Shown here: positions 54,199-64,000 of the stretch, piece by piece | Layout: each line of letters starts with the position of its first letter | How positions within the stretch are numbered: position 1 is the stretch's first letter | Origin: Octopus vulgaris | Taxonomy: Eukaryota | DNA length: 64,000 bases | Reading direction: 5' to 3' | Assembly (NCBI GenBank): GCA_951406725.2 | Contig: OX597817.1 | Span: 5,704,001-5,768,000, forward strand | Notes under the pieces: model-generated | What the model was told of the DNA's origin: nothing | Database searches by the model: none | Seen by the model: only the letters and a program-made list of their open reading frames with translations | Position numbers and translations under genes: made by a program

Positions 54199-55557
54199 CG
54201 CGGTCTTGTCTGAGTGTGAGAGAAACAATAGTAGTAATTGATTGAACGCACAATGTACAACTATGCCTAAGAAAAAACTAACTGTAATTTCAAAATGGGT
54301 TTCATTGTGAGTATTTCAATGTTCAAGGCCTCGTAGAACTAAAATTTTTTTATAGAGACCTGGGAATCCCGCTGCCTGAAGATTCCACATCCAAGTGAAA
54401 CCATTAGTCATACAACATGATTCTTTTCCTTGTGGTTCTATTTAATACATATATAATTTTTTTAATTCTTTCCGCTTTATTTTTATTTCTCTTCCACCCT
54501 TCTGAAGTACATTTTCGTTTTCATACGCTTCCTATGCTTTTCTTCTCCACTTTCCTCCTGATGAAGCACTCATATCAGAAACGTTAAGACTTTTCCCTTG
54601 TTTAAGCATTAAACTAGAACACGTTGTAACATGATGCAACTTGTCCCTTTCTGTGTAGACTTTTCACAAACAGCAGACGAACCTGTGCAGTTCCCGAATT
54701 GTATCTACGATATATGAAAAGCCCACTTTCAGAGTCTCCATCACAATGTCAAGACGATATTGCTAAGCAATTTGGGTCAGGATGGAAAATAATGATATCA
54801 TGACACAACTGGAAACGTATTGTGACTAGCGGTGTATAACAGCATCTGAGGACCTGGTCGATATTGTGATACTATCAAATTGGCAATTACTACTAGGTTT
54901 CGCTTTGACTTGGCTCATTCAAACAGTACCACGGTTAAACTTCGAAGTCGCTGCCGATGAAATTAAAATGTACACACACACACACATACACACTCATACA
55001 AACACACACACACACACGTGTATGTGTGTGTGTGTATACATATGTCTGTATGTATGCATATAGACGCTCATCACACGTACATATCCATTTGTTGAAGAAT
55101 TATCTCTGAGAAAGCTTCATTTGTCTTTCACTTTGCGTTATATTTTGTCCTGTAATTCTTCCCTATTTTCATTTATTTCTTCTTGAATTTTGTTCAGTTT
55201 TCCACCCGTTCCTCTTCTCTACATTTTCTGTATTTTTCTTCAAGCACTCTATACTGTCCCATTATTCTCCATTTTCTATTCTTTTTTCCCATTATTTTGT
55301 CTAATTCCATTTTTTTCTCTCTATTTCCCTCTACTCTCTCACTATCGTCGTCATCATCGTCATCATCACCATCATCATCTTCTTCTTTCATTCATTTGTA
55401 TTTTTCTTTTTTCCTTCTTTTTCTATTCTACTTTCTTTTGTTTTCAGACTACTTATATCATCCTGAAACAATTTCATAGATTCTTAACCATATCTTTTTG
55501 ACCTTGATATGATAGCTTGAAGGAAGAACCGTAAGTTAGGGGAAGAGATGAGACAAG

Positions 55558-55604
<47 letters not shown>

Positions 55605-56596
55605 GTGTGTGTGTGTGTAAAAGAAAGAAGTTAAAATTGCTAACATAACAACCATAATATTTCCCAGATTACTTGGTTTCCGGTATATATATTTTTTTTA
55701 ATTATTTTACTCCCTTTTTTTGAGAAATTTTGAATAAAAATATAAAATGTTTCATCTCGTGCTTCAAGACCTGTCATTAGTGATATACTTGAGTACTTGT
55801 GCGAGCGCACATGCGTATCAGTGATGGAGGTGATAGAGTGGTCGAGAGAGAAAGGGTGGGTGACAGAACTCAATGATGTGTGCTTGTAAGTGATAAGAAG
55901 GAAATATTTACGCATATGTATGAGTATATGTATTTGAAAAATTAAGCTTTACGAGGTTGTTTGTCGTAAGCATACATCTACTTGTAAATGTATTTTCTGT
56001 GAAAATTATTATTTCTTTTTTTATATATCATTCTTTAAAAGCTTCTATAAAGAAGGATCTTGTTTCTAAGAAATGCAGCTTCATCACTGGAATTTAGATC
56101 ACTACAACAGTAAATAGTGGCATCTCAAATTTGCCATGCATATTTTTTCTGCTTCTCGTTCAGGTTGAATTAGTTAAGTACATATTTGAGTATCTGTTTT
56201 GTTGCCTGGAAACCTTAGTATTTATTTGTTGTTTTTTGTGTGTATTTCGTCTCGAATTGCCCAATGATTATGTAAATTTATCATCTGTGCAAATGTAAAT
56301 TTATCATCTGTTTTTGAGAAGTTGTGAGTTTATAAGCTGATGCTTCTTAATTTTTTTCTTCTCTGATGTAATGTATATTTTTTGTGTATGGTTATATATT
56401 TGGATACACCTGGATTATTTGTCATGTTTGTAGTTTCTGCATACATTGTATGCGTGCATGTGTGTGTATGAGTGTGTGTATACATATATGTATCTATATC
56501 CGTATACTTGTGCATTCGCGTGTGCATATATATAAATATATTTATGTCTGTGTATATGTGTTTGTGTGTATATATTTATGTATAGTATGCCTTTGT

Positions 56597-56659
<63 letters not shown>

Positions 56660-56671
<12 letters not shown>

Positions 56672-56850
56672 AAGTTAATCCAAACAAGAAAGCGCAAAAA
56701 AACACAACAACGCGAGGACGTGATACAAATAAAGTATTATTGGACGCTCAGGAAAGAAGGAGGGTTAAACGTTTCGAGCGGAGCTCTTCGTCGGAAACAC
56801 AGGAGAAGGGAAGACAGAGGAAAAAAATCGCCAACGGTACACACGCGGTC
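56660..56850 (-). mobile_element. Probable Penelope-derived fragment in (TA)n with a degenerate hammerhead-like motif
   Basis: Minus strand ccgacgaagagctccgctcgaaacg. Related motif at 57185-57215. Confidence 0.45.
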
Positions 56851-57058
56851 ACATTATATATATATATGAGTATGCTTTTGTGTGTGTATATATATATATA
56901 AGTGTCTCAAACTCGATACAGCAACTGAACAATCACTTCAATTGCCAACAGACTATAGATTTTATTTTAGCTGAAAAATGCTTTCTTTACTTTAGGAAAT
57001 TTGCTAATATATAGAAATGATGTGAAAGCAGAATTAATACATACCAGTGTCTATATTA

Positions 57059-57092
<34 letters not shown>

Positions 57093-57868
57093 CAAATTTA
57101 TAGAAAAAAACAATTGCGAAGACAGGTGTAGGAACAACAAACAAAAGTATTAGTTTGGTACTCGAGAAAAATGGAAAAGTTTTTTATGTTTCGAGCACAC
57201 GCTCTTCAACAGAAAGGAATAATAGGAAACAAATAGAGAGAGAATGAAAAAAATAAAGTGTGTTGAGTTCAGTAGTCAAACATATACATGTATATTTCCC
57301 TTATCGTATTACAATATGAAAAACAAATTTAGAGAGCTTAATCCTATATATCCAAATGAATAAGATGATTAAGGATGGATTAGATTTGATCATGGATTAG
57401 CTGAATCCAGTCCGATCTTCCATTACAAACAAGAACAAGGAAATGCATCATAAATTTGTTCTAAAACAGGAAAGTTTTATATTGCTTCGTAAGGTCAGTA
57501 ACAAAGTGAAGTTTCATTTATAACCCGTTCCAATGTGACGGAGCTCTGCATACTGAGACTTGATAGTCTTGCTTTCACGACAGCAGGGTTTGGAGTACCT
57601 GATTATGGAACCAGTGCTGGTCTAGTTGAGTTATGTGGTGGATGTGCGTAGATGAGCTAGTGTCTAAAAGGTTAAGTAGCAGTTAAAAGTTGTTTCAAAT
57701 GCCATAGAAAGCTCCAACAGGAAACTCCAGATCCAAGAAACACTAAGGGTTTTGTTGCTTACAACTGTTTTCATCTCCTTTGAGATATTGTGAGTGAGAC
57801 TGACTATTTGATTGGTTTAGTTTTTATTTTGTTTTTTGCTATGGGATATACCGCCGCAAGTTAAGTAC

Positions 57869-58174
57869 TTGTACTTGTGACGGCGTTCACCCAGGGCGGG
57901 TTGAGCGGACTTCTTCTCTGGTCCTGACGGCATCACGAACCATGGCGGTCCGCGCTCGACGGTCCTGTGCGAGGTCACTGGAGATAGCGAGCCATTCACG
58001 GTTCCATCTGCGCTGACCGACCACCTGCGGACCTGAAAGTTCGGAGAGGTCCTCCTTTATCGTCGTTGCCCGGGTCTTCAGCTGCCCGCCCTTGCGTTTG
58101 TGCCAGTTGGGAAGTGGAGGAGGACATCGCGAATCAGCTCACCCTCTGGACGCCGGGCCGCATAACCGAACCAC
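57869..58174 (-). mobile_element. 5'-truncated RTE-clade LINE with 9-bp TSD
   Basis: WFGYAARRPEGELIRDVLL/PLPNWHKRKGGQLKTRATTIKEDLSELSGPQVVGQRRWNREWLAISSDLAQDRRARTAMVRDAV...STRPG*, short (caagta) tail, TSD gttaagtac at 57860-68 and 58175-83. Confidence 0.88.
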
Positions 58175-58978
58175 GTTAAGTACCTTAAAGATAATAGAAG
58201 TCAACTAGGCACACGCTTAACCAGAGAGAATCACCAAGCTCGTATAAAATGTCTGTACCAGATTTTAGTCTTTATAAAGATGCACACTCACGAAACTCGA
58301 GAATTCGACTTACATCATTTATAAGACATCTTCGTTCTTTTTGCCTACAACCTGGTCAAAAATATCTCCGATTAAAGTTCTTCCAACCATGACTATCTCA
58401 TATGTTGATATAGCTGCGTAGCAGTGACTATTGTCCGCCTCATCCCTTTTCAAAACTGTAGTATGTGATTTGGAGAGAATTCGGTTGCCATATTTAGCAG
58501 ATTAAGCGACAGCATACAAACTACCTTTTTGACTCGAAAATCCATTCCATATATGTGCGTGAACCTCCTTTACGTATATTTTTCACGTAAAGATATTTCT
58601 TTTACAGACGTGTACTATATCTATTGCATCTCTCTAGCTCTCGGCTACGTTTGTTTCTCCTCCTCCCCTCTCTCTTCCTCTCTCTTTCCCTAAAGACATA
58701 CAATGAACTATAATTGTGCCTCAAAAGAAACATTCTCAACCTCGAATAAATTTTTCATTTCCCAATTTTATTCCCTATGTTTATATATATGTTACCTTAT
58801 TTATTCACGTTCTTTTCCTTTCTTACCTAATTTTTATCTCTGTGATGACGGTGGCGCGTGCAGCCTATGTTTTTTCAACTATTTCTATCTGGCGGACATA
58901 TGTGCGGTACGAGTGCAGTTACGATGTTTTCAATGAAGTTTGTTGCAAAAAGAAAAAGAAATAAAAATATCAAAAGAC

Positions 58979-59031
<53 letters not shown>

Positions 59032-59298
59032 GTTGTTTACTGCCTACGGCAAAACAACTGACTCGTATATGTTTTTGTTCTGCGAACTTTTATGGATTAA
59101 CTTTTGCCGACACGACCACCGACAGTTTCTATGGATTCAGGATCTTATCGATATTAGACCCATAAGCGGTATTAGATTTATTTTTATTACTTATTTAGCT
59201 TTCGATTCGTCGCCATTTTTTATTTTGAAATAATCCTGTATGTGTGGGTGTGTGTATGCGCGCGCGTGGTAACGGACTCTCTATCTTTCTCTCCCTCA

Positions 59299-59378
<80 letters not shown>

Positions 59379-59938
59379 TGTATACACACACACATATATA
59401 TATATATAGTTTATATTCTTTAATTTGAAACCCGATAGATAGTGACCAATGATGCAAGAAAAATACACGTAAGATAATAAAAACTCCAAACGGTAGTAAA
59501 ATTAATATTTGAGTTCAAAGTTAATGGTATCACTCGAGTTAGGGAAGCCACTGAAGAAAATGGTGATAAGGAGAAACTTGGAATAATGGCAGTGATGGTT
59601 TCGTCACAACAATAAGGAAATTAATTCTAAAGTCTTCCTTCCTAAAATACCACTCTCTCTCTCTCTCACTCTCTCTCTCTTTCTCTCTCATTCATCTGCA
59701 CAGGCAAAATCAAGCATGCGAGCCCTCTCTTCTCTTAGACACATAATATGTATGCTCACAGCGGTGTAAAACTCGAGTCGTGAGATAAATATTCACTTTA
59801 AATAATCATACGTGTGTGTGTGTGTGTGTGATATTGCATTTTGGTACTTTGGAGGCATTGAGAAATTTGAGAATAATTACCTATATACGTAATTGCTGAA
59901 ATACAAATGCACGCCCGTGTTTGTATATATTTCCTTCA

Positions 59939-59997
<59 letters not shown>

Positions 59998-60000
<3 letters not shown>

Positions 60001-60334
60001 GACCCCCATCGGTCATGAATGACCATGCGATTGCACCTAGAAAGTTACCCTCCTAGACACAAGTCCGAGCAAGGTTGTTTATGGAAGACCAGCAGTCGCC
60101 CATGCATACCAGCCTCCCCTCTCCACGCCACCGATATCATCCAAGGGAAAGACAAAGGTCGATACAGCTTGGCACCAGTGACGTCGCAACTCATTTCTAC
60201 AGCTGAGTGAACTGGAGCAACGTGAAATAAAGTGCTTTGCTCAAGAACACAACACGCAGCCCGGTCCGGGATTCGAGCTCACAACCTCACGATCGTAAGC
60301 TCGACGCTCTAACCACTGAGCCATGCGCCTTCAC
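59998..60334 (-). mobile_element. tRNA-derived SINE family D (CORE-like)
   Basis: Head gtgaaggcgcatggctcagtggttagagcg...ctcgaatcccggacc, then gtgttcttgagcaaagcactttatttcac, which resembles a CORE domain. Confidence 0.85.
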
Positions 60335-60562
60335 ATGTATATATATATATACATATGGAAGAGGATGCGTGGCGTTCAGTCATATAATAATAGAAATAAT
60401 ATATATATATGCATATTAATATGTACATACATCTATACATATATATGTATATGTATGTATGTATGTATGTATGCATGTGTAGACACAGGACGTCACGAGA
60501 TGTGCACAGCAAAAATGTTCGAAGCACAAGTACATGGAACATGAACTATTCTTTCGGACAAC

Positions 60563-60917
60563 GTGTCTTCTACTATATTCTCGGGTCAAGTGTCTTCTAC
60601 TATATTCTCGGGTCAACCAAAGCCTTGTGAGTGGATCTAGTAGACAGAAACTGAAAGAACCTCGTCGTATATATGTAAATATATGTATATGTTTATGTGT
60701 GTTTTTGTGTCTGTTTGCCCCCCCCCCCCCGCTACTATCGCTTGACAACCAATGCTGGTGTGTTTATATCCCCGTAACTTAGCGGTTCCGCAGAAAAGAC
60801 CGGTAGAATAAGCACCATGCTTACAAAGAATAAGTCCAGGGGTCGATTTGTTCGCCTAAAAGGCGGTGCCCAAGCATGGCCACAGTCAAATGGCTGGAAC
60901 ATGTAACAGAATAAAAG
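60563..60917 (+). mobile_element. Headless SINE family B with a 27-bp tandem duplication
   Basis: gtgtcttctactatattctcgggtcaa twice (60563-60616); family B body and tail. Confidence 0.85.
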
Positions 60918-60951
60918 AACACCCCCCTCCATACACACACATATATATATA

Positions 60952-61182
60952 CCTATTTCTTTACTGCCCACAAGGGGCTACACACAGAGGTGACAAACAA
61001 GGACAGACAAACGGATTAAGTCGATTATATCGACCCCGGTGCATAATTGGTACTTACTTAATCGACCGCGAAAGGATGAAAGGCAAAGTTGACCTCGGCG
61101 GAATTTGAACTCAGAACGTAACGGCAGACGAAATACGGCTACGCATTTCGCCCGGCGTGCTAACGTTTCTGCCAGCTCGCCT
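60952..61182 (-). mobile_element. Full-length SINE family A
   Basis: Reverse complement of the 13460-type element. Confidence 0.9.
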
Positions 61183-61193
61183 TATATATATAT

Positions 61194-61262
<69 letters not shown>

Positions 61263-61298
61263 GCATATATATATATACACACACACACACACACGCGC

Positions 61299-61391
<93 letters not shown>

Positions 61392-61928
61392 CCACACCGG
61401 CTCCTAACATACGGGTAAATAAACTTTGTGCGCGTCAGAAGTTTCAACTAATATTTCACCGGCTTTTATTTATAGATACGTCAACATTTGAGCAAATTCG
61501 TAAGAATACGCGTGCACTCACCCCACCCCCTACACACACACGCACACATACACGAGCTTATTTAAACATATTTATATGGTGCCTCGAGTATATCTGCTGC
61601 CATTGTGCGTATGTGATTATGATCAGCTGTTCCATTTCCACTTCAGTAACGTCATTAATATACTTCACAGTGGGTATGAACGGCTATTTTACTCAGCCTG
61701 TCTTCTTTAAATTTGATCTGCACGTTGAACATTAGACCAGTTCGACATCATTATTCGTCATTATATGCAAGTGTGTGAGCGTGTTTGATACTGAAAAATT
61801 GATGAGTCAGACTAACGTATTTAAATATTTAGACAGGGAAAATTAATGTTTGGTTCAATTTATTTTGCAATATTTCTTTTGCTGCCTCTATCCAAGTATT
61901 CTTCCAATTTCTTGCAATAACGTAAGTA

Positions 61929-62816
61929 GGATCTTTTCAATTCTGAAGCCAGGACCACAGATCTTTCTACTTAACTAAATATTCTGAAACTTCGTATGCT
62001 GATAGAGTCTAGCAAAACAAGACACAGGTTGGAACTAGTTTATTTGAGAAAAATCTATTTTATGACTTTAATCGTAGATTAAAACTGCGAATTTTAACCA
62101 ATCAGATTGTTTGTTTTCATGTGTAAAACTTGACTGCATTCTATTAGTGTGACGTAGAAAGCGCTTTTGTGACGTACTAACGTTCGGAAAACTGTAAACA
62201 AACACAGAACGTAACGGCAGACGAAATACGGCTACGCATTTCGCCCGGCGTGCTAACGTTTCTGCCAGCTCTTTGCTTTTTTAATATTAAATTTCTTGCC
62301 TTTTGCACAAATAAATACAATAAGTGAAATGAAACGCATTAGCTTAGAAACGAAATCTTGTTAGAAGCCTCGTCACTGAGATGCCACTTCTTAATAGCAA
62401 ACGAAAGCAAGTACTAACAGAATGGAAACATTTTCAATTTAATACATGTGGCTTATTAACTAGTTTTAAATATTGTTATTAGAAGGTGGCTGACTATAGG
62501 ATCCTGGAAACATGAGTACGTTAAATAATTAGAAGGAGATTTCACGGAGACATGCGGCTTGTTTACATTTAAGATGTTTAATACGTCACCAAATTGGTGG
62601 TCGAGACGGAGTAAATAAAATAAAGCCGAATGACGGAATATCATTGGTTAAAATTCTAATTATTAAACAACGTTAAACTTAGAAGTTACAATTCCGTTTT
62701 CATTCTGGTTTACAATTAAGTTTACTTTTGACACATTCTACCAGTATACGAAGTTTCAAATTGTTTGGTTCAGTAGGAAAAATTTGAAAAAACTGGCTTC
62801 AGAATTGAAAAGATCC
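61929..62816. mobile_element. Merlin-like MITE (888 bp)
   Basis: Perfect 24-bp TIR ggatcttttcaattctgaagccag (61929-52 / 62793-816), 8-bp TSD cgtaagta (61921-28, 62817-24), and imperfect subterminal inverted repeats. GG-starting TIRs with an 8-bp TSD fit Merlin. Confidence 0.85.
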
Positions 62817-63723
62817 CGTAAGTACGTTGGAGAGAAGGCTTCACTGCAAAGTGATGTCTGTTCTCTAAGAAAAAAGGTTCATTACAATGTCATTAACGGA
62901 GGTTAGAATCACGAATCGGGTGCGAATTAAAATGGTTATGCTCATCTCTTTTAATAGCTCTGTGGACTAATATATTTGAACTCAGAACATTCAGATAAGA
63001 AACCATCGTCGATTTTACAATGCTATTGTGGTTGGATACAATGTATTGTATCTATTGTAGTGTACCTATTTACAGTGAACAGAACTAAGCTGTCGAAAGT
63101 GGAGTATCTTGGCCATGAAGAAACATAATCTCTTTGTCGGGATACACATCATTGCCCCTACGCTGATAGCTTAGTCGACTCTGCTATCTTAGTTCTTTGA
63201 ACAAATATGAATTTAAATACCCCCTGAGCCTTTGAAGACAGGTGCTTGACTCCGGTTTCGGAGAGAAAAATGGACTAGAGATAACATTTTATTTCAGGAT
63301 AGAACATGAATATATGAGAGTTCACACTCCCAGATAAGTTACAGAAGTCATACGTGGGTTTTTTTACCCCCACCTGGGGGAATAAAAGAAAAGAGCAATA
63401 AATAAACAAGCAAGTTGTTGGCTATTAAGCCCATCGAAAATAAAGAGTGAGATAAACAAATATTTATTCTTATGTAATTTAATATAATAATAGCTTATCG
63501 TAAGTACAATGCTACGCGTTCGGCAAAGTAACATATACAGCAAAACAAAAAAAAAACAAGAAGGTCATATATAATGTAATATTCAAAGATAGTTTTATCA
63601 GTGATCTAAATTTCGGGATGAGAGATCATAAAAACAAAATCGTTATTGTAGGGGAAATGGGGGTAGAGGACGCAGTGTTCGTCACTAATAGCTAAGATAT
63701 GCATATATATATATATAGATGTG

Positions 63724-63765
<42 letters not shown>

Positions 63766-64000
63766 GGAATAAATCCAAACTTACAGGGAAAAATCAGATT
63801 TAGGATTGAATCCAATTTTATAGTAAAATATTATATTATATTAAATTAGAGACAAAACCACTATTATGCAAATCAAACAATGAAAGACTTAAGCCAATAC
63901 ATAAATCAATTAATTACTCAAAAATTTGATGACAGAAACAGGAAACGATCGTAGTGGATATTAATTATATTTTTTAATAATTGTTACATATCTAATTAAT

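Noticed and set aside
60262-60334. tRNA-like sequences here and at 13460, 33053 and 38481
   Set aside because: SINE heads continuing into SINE bodies; no complete cloverleaf or Pol III terminator.

Overview
AT-rich, microsatellite-dense eukaryotic DNA. The SINE families and repeat landscape resemble octopus (coleoid cephalopod) genomes; that assignment is from recall, not from a search. I see no intact protein-coding gene, rRNA, bona fide tRNA or CRISPR array, and nearly all listed ORFs are microsatellite translations. The window is intronic/intergenic and dominated by mobile elements: at least four tRNA-derived SINE families, R4/Dong, CR1-group, L1/Tx1 and RTE LINE fragments, non-autonomous Helitrons, a mariner-type MITE, a Merlin-type MITE, and decayed Tigger and hAT transposases. 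Most notable: (i) a (TAA)n-targeted R4/Dong system with a ~565-bp non-coding passenger element; (ii) a near-complete type I hammerhead ribozyme at ~30.76 kb; (iii) a GC-rich RTE insertion with a 9-bp TSD resembling tapeworm RTEs, a horizontal-transfer candidate; (iv) a Merlin-like MITE carrying an exact 67-bp SINE piece; (v) mosaic Helitrons; (vi) a 420-bp foldback hairpin. Weak minus-strand splice signals near the left edge may mark a host gene. Coordinates of degenerate repeats are approximate.
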